Assembly: GCA_036005125.1 (NCBI GenBank)
Contig: DASYQV010000170.1
Coordinates: forward strand, 2,407 to 66,406
DNA from: Vicinamibacterales bacterium
GTDB lineage: Bacteria; Acidobacteriota; Vicinamibacteria; Vicinamibacterales; UBA2999
Reading direction: 5' to 3'
DNA length: 64,000 nucleotides
Shown: one piece after another, positions 16,182 through 25,903 of the stretch
How the letters are laid out: every line of letters begins with the position of its first letter
How positions within the stretch are numbered: the first letter of the stretch is position 1
The notes under the pieces: model-generated
What the model was told of the DNA's origin: nothing
Database searches by the model: none
Seen by the model: the letters and a program-made list of their open reading frames with translations, nothing else
Translations under genes and position numbers: made by a program

Positions 16182-17267
16182 TTAAAGAAAACGGCTCATC
16201 TCGTCGGCGACACGGCGATGCTCGTCGCAGCCGAGGATCGCCCGGAGCGGCGTGCGTCCGGCGGCAACTGGGACGGCAAGGAACCGCTCCTTCGCGCGGC
16301 GATGCCGGGCCAGCGCGTCTTCCACTCTCTTGGTCGGCAGCCGGCGGTCCTCGGCCGCATGGATCACGGCTTCGAGCGTCGCGGCCTGCAGATCGACGTT
16401 GCCGCTGCAGATCAGAAGCCCGTCGCAGCCCGCGGCGAGCGCCTGGACGCCGGCGTCAGGGACGGTATAGCGTCCCGAGATCGCCTTCATCTCGAGATCG
16501 TCGCCGAGGATGACGCCGTCGAACCCCAACTCTTCGCGCAACAGGTCGCGCGTAATCCGAGGCGAGAGCGTCGCCGGGCGCTCCTCGTCAAAGGCCGGCA
16601 CGAGCACGTGTGCGGTCATCATGAACGCGACGTCCGCCTCGATCGCCGCGCGAAACGGCACGAATTCGACGCGGCGGAGCCGGTCTGGTGAATGCTCGAC
16701 CACCGGGAGATCCAGGTGCGAGTCAACCGAGGTGTCGCCGTGGCCTGGAAAATGTTTGCCGCACGCCGCCATGCCGTTGTCCTGCATCGACCGGACGATG
16801 ACCGCGCCGAGCCGTGCGACCGTGTCGGCGTCTTCGGCCAGCGCGCGATCGCCGATCACAGGGTTCTTTGGATTCGTGTGGATGTCGAGCACGGGCGCGT
16901 AGTCGAGCGTGATTCCGACGGCCCGCAGCTCTGTCGCCAGCGCCTTGGCGAACCGGCGCGCCAGACCGGTATCGCCGCTCCGGCCGAGCACGGCCATCGG
17001 CGGCCATTCGGTGAACGGCGCGCGCAGGCGCGCAACACGTCCGCCTTCCTGGTCCACGCTCACCCACAGCGGTGTGTCAGCGGCCAGCGTCTGCAGGTCG
17101 TGCGACAGCTCCGCCACCTGTTCGGGCGCCTCGATGTTGCGCGCGAAGAGGATGATCCCGCCGAGCTGGAACTCCTTCGCGAGCGAGCGGATTTCGGGTG
17201 TGATCGTCGTTCCCGGCAGGCTTCCGATGAGCAGCCGACCTATGTCGCGCCGAAGGGATGAAGCCAT
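16182..17267 (-). CDS. nagZ: Beta-N-acetylhexosaminidase (GH3)
   Basis: GGIILFARNI, VSVDQEGGRVARL and KHFPGHGDTSVDSHLDLP motifs. Confidence 0.9.
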   Translation of the reverse strand: MASSLRRDIGRLLIGSLPGTTITPEIRSLAKEFQLGGIILFARNIEAPEQVAELSHDLQTLAADTPLWVSVDQEGGRVARLRAPFTEWPPMAVLGRSGDTGLARRFAKALATELRAVGITLDYAPVLDIHTNPKNPVIGDRALAEDADTVARLGAVIVRSMQDNGMAACGKHFPGHGDTSVDSHLDLPVVEHSPDRLRRVEFVPFRAAIEADVAFMMTAHVLVPAFDEERPATLSPRITRDLLREELGFDGVILGDDLEMKAISGRYTVPDAGVQALAAGCDGLLICSGNVDLQAATLEAVIHAAEDRRLPTKRVEDALARHRRAKERFLAVPVAAGRTPLRAILGCDEHRRVADEMSRFL

Positions 17268-17291
17268 TCAGTCATTATAGCGATCGTGTCG

Positions 17292-17388
17292 TTCTCGGTT
17301 CTGTGTTCAACCTTCTCAGTTCGTGTTCACCTTCTGAGTTCGGTTCAGGTTCGGGCTTCTGTCTTCGGTTCAGCGTTCGGTTCTGGCT
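17292..17388. repeat. GTTC-rich period-7 tract in the nagZ / GHMP-kinase divergent spacer
   Basis: TCGGTTC TGTGTTC AACCTTC TCAGTTC ... TCGGTTC AGCGTTC GGTTCTG. Single arm with imperfect units. Confidence 0.5.
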
Positions 17389-17407
17389 GGGTCACTATAA
17401 TGCCAGA

Positions 17408-18427
17408 GTGCAGATTGACACCTCTGCGCCCACGCGCATCGACCTGGCAGGGGGGACCATCGACATCTGGCCCTTGTATCTGTTCCATTCCGGCGCGCAG
17501 ACGATCAACGCCGCCATCAGCCTCCGGGCCCGTGCGCGCATCGAGACGCGCAGCGATCAGCGCGTCGTCATCCGCTCCGAGGACACGAAACGCAGCGTGG
17601 ACGTCGCCGACTGGAGCGAGCTGCGGGAAGAAGGCGAGCTCCGGCTGCTGTCGCTGCTGACGTATTGGTTCCTCCGGGGGCCGGAGGCGCCGGCCCATGG
17701 ACGCAAGGAAGGCCTCACGCTCACCACGCGTTCGGAATCACCCGCGGGCGCCGGCATTGCCGGATCGTCTGCGCTGAATGTCGCCGTCTGCGCCGCGCTC
17801 GCCGAGTGGACCCGCCATCATTACGAGCCGGAGGCGCTGCTGCAGATCGCGATGAACGTCGAGGCCCAGGCGATCAACGTTCCGACGGGGCTGCAGGATT
17901 ACCGCCCCGCGATGTACGGCGGCGTCGCCGCGCTCGAGATGGACGTCGACGGCGTCCGCCGTGTCGCGCTCGACGTCAACGCGCGCGAGCTCGAAAGCCG
18001 CGTCGTGCTCTGCTACACCGGCGAGCCGCGAAACTCCGGCACGAACAACTGGGAGATTATGAAGAAGCACATCGACGGCGACCGCTACGTCTTCGACTGC
18101 TTCGAGCGCATCCGGGACACGGCAGCGCGCATGCGCGCGGCGCTTGCAGCCGACGACTGGGACGGGGTTGGGGGTGCCATTGCCGAGGAATGGGAGAACC
18201 GGAAGTGCCTCGCACCCGGCGTGACGACGCCCGTCATCGAGGATTTGATTGCCCGCGCACGGGCGGCTGGCGCCACGGCTGCCAAGGTATGCGGCGCGGG
18301 CGGCGGAGGGTGTCTCTTCTGCTATGGGCCGCCTCCCCAGCGCGCAGCGATCGCGGCCGCGCTCGATGCCGGCGGTGCGCGCGTGCTCGAGTATCGGATC
18401 GAGCGCCACGGCCTCACACGTGGATAA
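17408..18427 (+). CDS. GHMP-family sugar kinase (HddA/fucokinase-like, COG2605 type)
   Basis: VQIDTSAPTRIDLAGGTIDIWP (motif I at the N-terminus supports the GTG at 17408), ESPAGAGIAGSSALNVAV (motif II), KVCGAGGGGCLF (motif III). Confidence 0.75.
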   Translation: MQIDTSAPTRIDLAGGTIDIWPLYLFHSGAQTINAAISLRARARIETRSDQRVVIRSEDTKRSVDVADWSELREEGELRLLSLLTYWFLRGPEAPAHGRKEGLTLTTRSESPAGAGIAGSSALNVAVCAALAEWTRHHYEPEALLQIAMNVEAQAINVPTGLQDYRPAMYGGVAALEMDVDGVRRVALDVNARELESRVVLCYTGEPRNSGTNNWEIMKKHIDGDRYVFDCFERIRDTAARMRAALAADDWDGVGGAIAEEWENRKCLAPGVTTPVIEDLIARARAAGATAAKVCGAGGGGCLFCYGPPPQRAAIAAALDAGGARVLEYRIERHGLTRG

Positions 18428-20159
18428 CCAGGCAATTGCTCGGGTGTTCGCGGAAATCGCAGACCTGCTCGAGATCAAAGGCGAGAACGCGTTCAAGATT
18501 CGGGCGTACCGCACCGCATCCGACACGATTGCCGCCTGGGCCGACGGCGTCTCGCGTCTGGACGAGAAACAACTCCTCGAGCTGCCCGGCATCGGCAAGG
18601 ACCTCGCCAAGAAGATCCGTGAGCTTGCCGACAGCGGGACGTGCCGATTCCATCAGGATCTCCTGCTCGAGTTTCCGCCGACGATCCTCGACCTGCTTCG
18701 GCTCCAGGGCGTCGGGCCCAAGACGGTGGCACTCCTCTACTCTGCTCTCAACATCCGCACGCTGGACGATCTCGCTGCGGCGGCACGGGAAGGGCGCCTG
18801 CGCGAGCTGCGCGGCATGGGTACGAAGAAGGAAGCGCTCATCCTCAAAGCGCTCGACGAGCGACAGAAGGACGCCGGCCGGCACCTGTTGTCCGATAGCA
18901 TCTCGATTGCCGCAGAGCTCACGGGGTACCTTCGCGAGCGCGCGCCCGACGTCGAGTTCGTGCCGGTCGGCAGCCTGCGCCGCGGGTGCGAGACGTGTGG
19001 AGACATCGATATTCTCGCAGTGGGCCCCGACGTGGCCTCGGAACGCGCGGCGGCCCTGATGAGCGCGTTTCTCGAGTCGCCCAGGGTTGAACGAGTGCTG
19101 GGCCATGGCGACACGAAGAGCAGCATCCGTCTGTCGGGCGGCTACCAGGCCGACCTGCGACTCGTTCCGGCGGAAAGCCGCGGCGCGGCGATGCAGTACT
19201 TCACCGGCTCCAAGGCGCACAACATCGTCCTGCGCGACAGGGCGATTCAACGCGACTTGAAGCTGAACGAATACGGTCTGTTCCGCGTCAGCGACGACGG
19301 GCGGGTGGCAGGCGATACGGAGGAAGGAATTTACGAGGCGCTCGGCCTTCAGTACATCGAACCCGAGCTCCGCGAACAACGAGGCGAGATCGAAGCGGCG
19401 CTCGACGGCCGACTCCCGCGGCTGGTGGCGTTGACCGACCTGCGCGGCGACCTGCACATGCATACGACCGTCACCGACGGTCGCGACGACCTGGTGACGA
19501 TGGCGGAAGCGGCGCAGCGAGCTGGACACGAGTACATTGCCATCACCGATCACAGTCGTGCGCTGGCGATGGCCAACGGCCTCGACGAGCACCGCGCGCT
19601 GGAGCACGCCGCACGGATCCGCGATCTGAACGGTCGCTTCGAGGGCCTGACGCTGCTGGCCGGCATCGAGTGCGACATCCTGCCCGACGGCCGTCTCGAC
19701 CTCGCCGACGACTGCCTTGCCCAGCTCGATCTGGTGGTCGCCTCGATCCATTCGCACTTCAGCATGGACGAGTCGCAGATGACCGACCGCGTGTTGCACG
19801 CGCTCGAGTGCCCGTGGGTTGACGTACTCGGTCACCCGACAGGACGTCTGCTCCTCAAGCGCGAGGGCTACCGACTGAATATCGAACAGGTCGTCGCCGC
19901 CGCGGCCCGCGCCGGCGTGGCGATGGAGATCAACTGCCAGGTCGACCGGTTGGACCTGAACGACGCGCAGGCACGCCTGGCGCGTGAGCGCGAAGTACGG
20001 CTCGTTATTTCGACCGACGCACACTCTGCGCTGGCGTTGGGTAACTTGCGCTGGGGCATCCGTATGGCCCGGAGAGCCTGGGCCTCGCCGGACGATGTGC
20101 TGAACGCGCGAAGCCTCGAGGAGCTGCGCCCGCTTCTCAGACGGAATCGGAACAGGTGA
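18420..20159 (+). CDS. polX: DNA polymerase/3'-5' exonuclease PolX (Pol beta-like domain + PHP domain)
   Basis: VDNQAIARVFAEIADLLEIKGENAFKIRAYR (8-kDa domain), HhH LPGIGKDLAKKI, GSLRRGCETCGDIDIL catalytic motif, PHP motifs GDLHMHT..DG, ITDHS, STDAH. The GTG start overlaps the kinase stop by 8 nt. Confidence 0.9.
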   Translation: MDNQAIARVFAEIADLLEIKGENAFKIRAYRTASDTIAAWADGVSRLDEKQLLELPGIGKDLAKKIRELADSGTCRFHQDLLLEFPPTILDLLRLQGVGPKTVALLYSALNIRTLDDLAAAAREGRLRELRGMGTKKEALILKALDERQKDAGRHLLSDSISIAAELTGYLRERAPDVEFVPVGSLRRGCETCGDIDILAVGPDVASERAAALMSAFLESPRVERVLGHGDTKSSIRLSGGYQADLRLVPAESRGAAMQYFTGSKAHNIVLRDRAIQRDLKLNEYGLFRVSDDGRVAGDTEEGIYEALGLQYIEPELREQRGEIEAALDGRLPRLVALTDLRGDLHMHTTVTDGRDDLVTMAEAAQRAGHEYIAITDHSRALAMANGLDEHRALEHAARIRDLNGRFEGLTLLAGIECDILPDGRLDLADDCLAQLDLVVASIHSHFSMDESQMTDRVLHALECPWVDVLGHPTGRLLLKREGYRLNIEQVVAAAARAGVAMEINCQVDRLDLNDAQARLAREREVRLVISTDAHSALALGNLRWGIRMARRAWASPDDVLNARSLEELRPLLRRNRNR

Positions 20160-20461
20160 GCGTGGACGAGAAGACCGGGTTCGTGTCGCTCACGGCGTTG
20201 CGCGGCCAGGCACCGGACCCGGAGCAGGCGCTTGCCGAGATCCGGCGGATCTATTTCAAGACCACGCGCCAGACCATCGAGAACGATCTCGCGCACGCCA
20301 TCGAGCTGCTGAAGAGTCTCCCGACCGAGGAGGAGCGACAGAAGGCGGCCGTGTACATGGATGGTCTGGCGCAGATGCGATCCGACTGGGCGCGCCGCGA
20401 CAAACGGCGAGACAGACCCGCGACAGGGACTCGCGCGCCGAAGCCGCCGAAGAAGCCGTGA
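20156..20461 (+). CDS. Hypothetical small protein with basic C-terminal tail, translationally coupled to polX
   Basis: GTGA start/stop overlap with polX. 101 aa, ending RRDKRRDRPATGTRAPKPPKKP. No recognisable family. Confidence 0.5.
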   Translation: MSVDEKTGFVSLTALRGQAPDPEQALAEIRRIYFKTTRQTIENDLAHAIELLKSLPTEEERQKAAVYMDGLAQMRSDWARRDKRRDRPATGTRAPKPPKKP

Positions 20462-20615
20462 ATCATTTCCGCCTTCGGGCTCGGAGCATGAGGACATGAT
20501 GCTCTTCGCCACGTCTCGAGCGCGCCGCCTTGCATCTTCCCGGCGCATCTTGAGATGCGGCCCAGAGGAGTCACGACTCCCGGAGTAGAGTCAGTAGAAT
20601 CAGCAGAATCACGTC

Positions 20616-22400
20616 ATGCGTCTCCTCGCCGTGCTCGCGTTCGTCGCCGCGATATGGGCGCTCCTTGTCCGGCTGACTGGCGGCTTCGTCTTCTCGGTGG
20701 CCGGCGTACAGATCTCCTCGACCGATCCGATCCGCCCGCTCGTCGCAGCCCTCATTGCCATCGCTGCGTACGCCGTCCTGTCGGCCCTCGCGGGACGGCA
20801 TCCAGGTCTGTCGGCCTTGACGCGTCGCGTCGGTCCGCGCGGGCTTGCCGCCGTTCTCGCCCTCGGAAGCGTCGTCACCGCGCTGAGCCACGCCTCATGG
20901 ACGGCAGGTGGAGCGGACGAGTACTCGTACGTGAGCCAGGCGGATTTGTGGTTGCAACGGAAGCTCACTGTGCCGATGCCGATCGCGACGGCTGTCCCCT
21001 GGCCGGATGGGCTCGCGACGTTCACGCCGCTCGGCTACGGGCGCCCGGCGGAGGGTGCCGCGATCGCACCGGTGACCGGCCCCGGGCTCCCGTTGATGAT
21101 GGCCGCGCTGAAATCGGTGGCCGGTCACTGTGCGGCGTTCTGGATCGTGCCGCTGACGGCGGGCCTGCTCGTGTGGGCAACCTTCGCGTTGGGCCGCAAG
21201 GCGGGATCCGATGTCATCGCCTTGGGCGCGGCATGGCTCGTCGCCACGAGCCCGACGGTTCTCGCCATGGCGAAGTCGCCAATGAGCGACATCCCTGCGG
21301 CCGCGTTCTGGACCCAGGCAGCCGCGTGGGTTGTGGGCGCGTCGCTGCGGGCATCGATCGCGGCGGGTCTCGCGGCATCGATGGCGGTGCTCATCAGGCC
21401 GAATCTTGCACCGCTGGCGGCGGTGATGGCTGTGTGGCTCTTGTGGCGCGACCGTTCACCTGCTCGCGCGGTCGCGTTCGTGTGCGGGGTACTGCCCGGC
21501 TGTCTTGCGGTGGCGTTGTTGAACAACGTTTTGTACGGCTCCCCGTTCTCGTCCGGGTACGGAGATCTGAACAGTCTGTTATCGGTGGCGCACATCCCGG
21601 CCAATCTCGCTCGGTACGGCCGATGGCTGATCGAAACGCAGACGCCGCTGGCGGTTGCCGGGATGCTTGCGCTGGCCACGCCTACGCGCGTGGTCTGGCC
21701 GACGGACGACGCCCGACGCGCCGCCTTTCTGCTCGCGTCGATCACCGTTGTCGTCTGGGCCATGTACTGCGTCTACATCGCGTTCGACGCCTGGTGGTTT
21801 CTGCGTTTCCTCCTCCCATGCTGGGCGGCTATCAGCATCGGCACCGCTGCCCTGGTTGTCCGCCTCGGCGAATGGACAGGAGGGGGACAACGCGTGGCGG
21901 TTCTTGCCCTGATTGCGCTCGGACTCTACGCGGTCGTCACAGCGATTCGCCATGACGTGTTCCCCGCCGGCGAGGGCGATCGCCGGTACGCGACCATCGC
22001 GAGCCTCGTCGAGCGCACGACCGAACCTTCCAGCGTCATCCTCACGTCGCAGCATTCGGGGTCGATCCGCTACTACGCAGGCCGCTTGACCCTTCGATTC
22101 GACCTGCTCGATCCGGCGTGGCTCGACCGGGCCATTGCATGGCTGGACCAGCAGGGACGACGTCCTTACATTCTCGTCGAGGACTGGGAGATGAAGCCGT
22201 TCGAAGAGCGCTTCGCGGAACGGAACGCGCTCGGGCGCCTCGCACTTGCGCCCGTGCTTGCCTACCGCGCATACCGCATTCCCGGCACGATCTACTTGTT
22301 CGATCCGCGTCGCCCTGAAGGTCCGACCTTGGAACCGCCGCCCGTGCGGGATCCACGACCCCGGTGCGTGGCCCCGGCCGCCGAACCAGCGCCACGCTGA
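20616..22400 (+). CDS. Polytopic membrane glycosyltransferase, GT-C fold (ArnT/PMT, GT39/83-like)
   Basis: About 12 TM helices. First periplasmic loop carries ADEYSY (DE motif). Soluble C-terminal domain. The TGA stop is embedded in the first GATTCTT repeat unit. Confidence 0.7.
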   Translation: MRLLAVLAFVAAIWALLVRLTGGFVFSVAGVQISSTDPIRPLVAALIAIAAYAVLSALAGRHPGLSALTRRVGPRGLAAVLALGSVVTALSHASWTAGGADEYSYVSQADLWLQRKLTVPMPIATAVPWPDGLATFTPLGYGRPAEGAAIAPVTGPGLPLMMAALKSVAGHCAAFWIVPLTAGLLVWATFALGRKAGSDVIALGAAWLVATSPTVLAMAKSPMSDIPAAAFWTQAAAWVVGASLRASIAAGLAASMAVLIRPNLAPLAAVMAVWLLWRDRSPARAVAFVCGVLPGCLAVALLNNVLYGSPFSSGYGDLNSLLSVAHIPANLARYGRWLIETQTPLAVAGMLALATPTRVVWPTDDARRAAFLLASITVVVWAMYCVYIAFDAWWFLRFLLPCWAAISIGTAALVVRLGEWTGGGQRVAVLALIALGLYAVVTAIRHDVFPAGEGDRRYATIASLVERTTEPSSVILTSQHSGSIRYYAGRLTLRFDLLDPAWLDRAIAWLDQQGRRPYILVEDWEMKPFEERFAERNALGRLALAPVLAYRAYRIPGTIYLFDPRRPEGPTLEPPPVRDPRPRCVAPAAEPAPR

Positions 22401-22469
22401 TTCTTGATTGGATTCATGATTCCAATCGCAAATCATGAATCATGAATCACGAATCATGAATCATGAATC
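22399..22469. repeat. Tandem-heptamer palindrome, GATTYGT type, locus H1
   Basis: Left arm GATTCTTGATTGGATTCATGATTCC. Right arm AATCGCAAATCATGAATCATGAATCACGAATCATGAATCATGAATCG. Confidence 0.9.
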
Positions 22470-22539
22470 GACGGTCTGAGGTGCTACAGTATGCGGCTGC
22501 GTCGGGAGACGTTACTCGACGTGACTGGAGGAGAGAACG

Positions 22540-23232
22540 ATGCATCGCCAGCTTGCGTTCTGTTGTTTCCTGACCTGCGTAGTCGCCGTGCTGGGTGTCG
22601 TCGCCGCGCAGAATCAGGGGGCCGGTGCGGCGCCGCCGAATCCCAATGAGGTCCGCCTCGTCGGCAACCGCTTCGCGCCGCTCACATACCAGCAGATGAC
22701 CCCCACGCAGAAGAAGATGTTCGAGAACCTGCTCTCGGGCGAGCGGCGCGGGGCCGGTGGTCCGTTCAACGTCCTGCTGCGGAGCCCGGAAATGGGCGAC
22801 CTGGCACAGAAGTTCGGCGCCGCGATGCGCTTCCATTCGTCGATTCCGAAAAAGCTGAACGAGCTTGCGATCATCATCACGGCGCGCCACTGGACCGCGC
22901 AGTATGAGTGGTATGCACACCGCCGCCTTGCTCGAGAGGCGGGTCTGAGCGACGCGATCATCGATGCGATCGCCGCCGGACAGCGGCCCACCGCGATGCA
23001 GCCGGACGAAGAGGCCGTGTACACCTTCTGCACCGAGTTGATCACCACCAAGCAGGTGAGCGACAGGACGTTTCAGGCGGCCAAAGACAAATTTGGTGAG
23101 CGTGGCGTCGTCGACCTCATTGGCGTCACCGGCTATTACGGCCTCGTGTCGATGCTGTTGAACACGGATCGCTATCCGCTGCCGGAGGGCGTGCAGCCCC
23201 CACTGAAACCACTCGGCCAGTCATCGAGATGA
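22540..23232 (+). CDS. Carboxymuconolactone decarboxylase (AhpD-like) family protein, secreted
   Basis: Signal peptide, then ELAIIITARHWTAQYEWYAHRRLAREAGLSDAIIDAI and VDLIGVTGYYGLVSMLLN. Confidence 0.85.
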   Translation: MHRQLAFCCFLTCVVAVLGVVAAQNQGAGAAPPNPNEVRLVGNRFAPLTYQQMTPTQKKMFENLLSGERRGAGGPFNVLLRSPEMGDLAQKFGAAMRFHSSIPKKLNELAIIITARHWTAQYEWYAHRRLAREAGLSDAIIDAIAAGQRPTAMQPDEEAVYTFCTELITTKQVSDRTFQAAKDKFGERGVVDLIGVTGYYGLVSMLLNTDRYPLPEGVQPPLKPLGQSSR

Positions 23233-23237
23233 ATTGA

Positions 23238-23364
23238 CCTGATTCACGGGCGATTCTTGATTCTTGATTCTTGATTCATGATTGACCCGCCAACCAAATC
23301 AGGAATCAGGAATCAGGAATCAGGAATCAGGAATCAGGAATCGGGAATCAGGAATCAGGAATCA
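23238..23364. repeat. Tandem-heptamer palindrome, GATTCTT / AATCAGG type, locus H2
   Basis: (GATTCTT)x3-GATTCATGATT, a 14-nt spacer, then (AATCAGG)x10 with one AATCGGG variant. Lies between convergent genes. The minus-gene TGA (23362-23364) is inside the last unit. Confidence 0.95.
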
Positions 23365-24135
23365 CTTGTCGATCACGATCTTCTTCCTCGCCGTCACGCG
23401 CAGGATCTCCGGCACGTTGCGATCGGTCGAGAGCATCCGGAGGTCCTTGTCGTTGAGGCGCGGCAGGAGGTTCATCGAGAGCGCGACCGGTGTCTTCGGA
23501 TTCTTCGTCAGCGCGAGCATCACCGGGTAGTTCTTCACCCAGGCGCGCGTGTGGCCGATGATCCGCAGGATCTCGTCGGAGACGTTCGCCATCTTCGCGA
23601 TCGACTCCACCTCGGTTTCCGTCAGCTTGGGGCTGCTCAGCACGGCCACCGCGACGATCTTGTTCGGGTCGCGGATCAGGATTGCGCGCTCCTCGCGCGT
23701 GCCTTTCATGGCGAGCGAGATCCGCTGTGCCACCGATAGCGCCGCAATCTTCAGCATCGCGGTCTGCTGATCCTCCGACCCCTGCTCCACCGGCGCTGCC
23801 TCGGCGGCCGGCTCCGGTGTGGTATCGATCAGTGGCTGATCCGTCTCGCCGGACGGAAGCGCGGCGGGTTCAATGCCCCGTGCTGCGAAGAAGGCGCGGA
23901 TCTCGGCGGATGCATCGGCGCGCGCGAGGAAGGCGGCAAGCGACTCGCGAGGGACAGCCGCGAGCGTTGCCTCAGCCGCGCGCGCAATCTCAGGGTCGGA
24001 GTCGCTCACGAGCAACGTCAACAGCCCGAGCTGCTCGTGCGCCCGCGGGGCGAGCGCCCCGCGCGCCGCAAGCAGCCGGATGTCGTGCGCGACCTCGCCT
24101 CGCCGAAAAAAATCCAGAAGCGGCGTCGAAGTCAT
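23362..24135 (-). CDS. Hypothetical conserved protein (helical-repeat-like), downstream of the rodZ-like gene
   Basis: 257-aa ORF with clean codon structure. No family recognised by eye. Confidence 0.65.
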   Translation of the reverse strand: MTSTPLLDFFRRGEVAHDIRLLAARGALAPRAHEQLGLLTLLVSDSDPEIARAAEATLAAVPRESLAAFLARADASAEIRAFFAARGIEPAALPSGETDQPLIDTTPEPAAEAAPVEQGSEDQQTAMLKIAALSVAQRISLAMKGTREERAILIRDPNKIVAVAVLSSPKLTETEVESIAKMANVSDEILRIIGHTRAWVKNYPVMLALTKNPKTPVALSMNLLPRLNDKDLRMLSTDRNVPEILRVTARKKIVIDK

Positions 24136-24139
24136 CGCC

Positions 24140-24226
24140 TGATTCGTGATTTGTGATTCATGACTCGTGATTGGCGCTCGGTACGAGGCTCGGGATCCGG
24201 AATCGCGAACCGCGAATCACGAATCG
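24140..24226. repeat. Tandem-heptamer palindrome, GATTYGT type, locus H3
   Basis: Left arm TGATTCGTGATTTGTGATTCATGACTCGTGATTGG. Right arm CCGGAATCGCGAACCGCGAATCACGAATCG. Confidence 0.9.
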
Positions 24227-24228
24227 AC

Positions 24229-25026
24229 CTACTGAGACGCCAGGAAGGAACCGTAGTTCTGTCGGCCGATTTGCACGGTCCGTGCCTCGCCGGCCGCACC
24301 GAGCGACACGGCCGGCTGCCCGTTGATGGTCAGCTGCACTGCGCGGGCATCGCTCATCCCGAGCGTCATCTCGCGCTGTGCCTGGAAGACCAGACGTTCA
24401 CCCGCCGCAAACCCGCGCGACTCGCGGCGCGTGCCGTCAATCGTCACCTCCAGCGTGACGGGAGCGGTCGCCAGAATCTCGAATGAGAGCGGGACCACGG
24501 CCTCGCCGCCGGGAGGTGCCGGCGCGCCCGGCGCTGACGGGGATGGCTCAGAGGCGGTCGACGTCGCGGCGGCGCCGCTCTCCGCACGCGTGGCGGCGGC
24601 ACCGGCCGGCGGGCGCGCCGGCGGTTCCGACAGCGTCAGATAGAGAATGACGATGGCGAGCGGTACGGCGGCCGAGATGAGCTTGAGGGCGGTTTGAGCG
24701 CTCTGGCGATCGCTCTCGATGGCCTCGTGATCTTCCTGAGGCACGTGTGGACTGCCGGCCGTGACCGAATCGTGCGGAAACTGCGTGAGGAAATCGCGCA
24801 CGGTGTCTTCGGGATCGAGGCCCACTTCGATGGCATACGAGCGGACGAACGCACGGCTGAAAATACCGCCCGGCAGGCGTGAGATATCGTTGCGCTCGAG
24901 CGCCTCGAGCGCGGCAACCGAGATCTTGGTGGCCGTCGCGATCTGACGCAGCGAGACACCACGCGCCTCGCGCGCCCGCTTCATCTTCGTGCCGAAATCG
25001 ACCACGCGATGTTCAGCCATCAGCAT
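24229..25026 (-). CDS. rodZ: RodZ-like cytoskeleton protein (HTH + TM + DUF4115)
   Basis: FGTKMKRAREARGVSLRQIATATKISVAALEALERNDISRLPGGIFSRAFVRSYA, a single TM helix, and a C-terminal beta domain LEVTIDG...LTINGQP. Confidence 0.8.
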   Translation of the reverse strand: MLMAEHRVVDFGTKMKRAREARGVSLRQIATATKISVAALEALERNDISRLPGGIFSRAFVRSYAIEVGLDPEDTVRDFLTQFPHDSVTAGSPHVPQEDHEAIESDRQSAQTALKLISAAVPLAIVILYLTLSEPPARPPAGAAATRAESGAAATSTASEPSPSAPGAPAPPGGEAVVPLSFEILATAPVTLEVTIDGTRRESRGFAAGERLVFQAQREMTLGMSDARAVQLTINGQPAVSLGAAGEARTVQIGRQNYGSFLASQ

Positions 25027-25035
25027 CCGGGCCCT

Positions 25036-25180
25036 GTTAGGCCGTTATGCGGCCTCCAACGAGTGGTTTGTCCCCCTGTCCGACCGCATAACGGACCAGG
25101 CGCGCGGAGCGCGCCAAAGAGACGCTGTCGAACCAGGCAAGGGCGCTACCAGAGTATAAGACAGCGCCCTTGACTGGTTA
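25036..25180. repeat. Modular MITE-like composite element, copy 2 (A-B-C, no D insert)
   Basis: GGCCGTTATGCGG...CCGCATAACGG, GGCGCGCGGAGCGCGCC, AACCAGGCAAGGGCGCT...AGCGCCCTTGACTGGTT. The right end overlaps the thiE stop codon. Confidence 0.85.
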
Positions 25181-25834
25181 GGGAACGCTCAAAGGTGTGT
25201 CAAACGCCCGCGAGGCCTGCCGCACGATAACTTGCAGCCGGAAAAGTGAATCCGGACCGGTCGTGGCAAAGAGTCCGATGGCGGCAAATCCTGCTGCCCC
25301 GGCCGCGGCGATCCCGCTCAGTCGCTCGAGCGTCACACCGCCGATGGCCAGCACAGGCACCGGCACCGCATCAACCGTCGCACGAAGGGAGTGCAGGCCA
25401 ACCGCAGCCGCACCCGGCTTGGAAGAGGTCGGAAATACGGTGCCGAAGATCAGGTAATCAACTCCGCCATCAGCCGCCACGCGTGCCGCCTCATCAGCGT
25501 CGTGTACCGAGCGGCCGACGAGGAAGCCCGACGGCACGAGTCGTCTCAGGCGCGCCGGCGGCACGCCGTTCGCGGGGAGATGCACGCCGTGCGCCCCCGC
25601 GGCCAACGCAACATCGACGCGATCGTTGACGAGCACGCGCGTCGCGGTCCCACGCGCTGCCTCGACACATCGCCCAACGAGGTTCAGCAGGTCGCGCGTC
25701 GCGAGATCGCGCTCCCTCACCTGAACCAGGTGAACACCGGCCGCGGCGGCCGAGCCCACCTGCCGGACGAGTTCCTCCTCCGGTTCACGTGCGAACCGCG
25801 TGCGGTCGGTGACGAGGCAGATCACAGGGCGCAA
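25178..25834 (-). CDS. thiE: Thiamine-phosphate synthase
   Basis: ICLVTDR...GVHLVQVRERD...LVNDRVDVALAAGAHGVHL...DYLIFGTVFPTSSK. TTG start. Confidence 0.9.
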   Translation of the reverse strand: MRPVICLVTDRTRFAREPEEELVRQVGSAAAAGVHLVQVRERDLATRDLLNLVGRCVEAARGTATRVLVNDRVDVALAAGAHGVHLPANGVPPARLRRLVPSGFLVGRSVHDADEAARVAADGGVDYLIFGTVFPTSSKPGAAAVGLHSLRATVDAVPVPVLAIGGVTLERLSGIAAAGAAGFAAIGLFATTGPDSLFRLQVIVRQASRAFDTPLSVP

Positions 25835-25903
25835 GATGCGGGCTCCGGGCCCCAGGCTTCAGACTCCAGGGCTCCCACCCGAGCCAGCAGTCCGAATCCC
25901 GGT

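Noticed and set aside
17396-17410. TATAAT box (17396-17401) 6 nt upstream of the GHMP-kinase GTG, suggesting a leaderless mRNA.
   Set aside because: No convincing -35 element lies at 16-18 nt spacing. GTG is a poor leaderless initiator. This is a single hexamer match in an AT-poorer repeat-rich spacer, which is insufficient evidence.
23287-23364. Possible CRISPR arrays at the many regularly spaced repeat tracts.
   Set aside because: Units are 7 nt (or 11 nt at 45997-46041) and directly abutting, with no unique spacers. No cas genes are in the window. The architecture is tandem/inverted microsatellite, not repeat-spacer.
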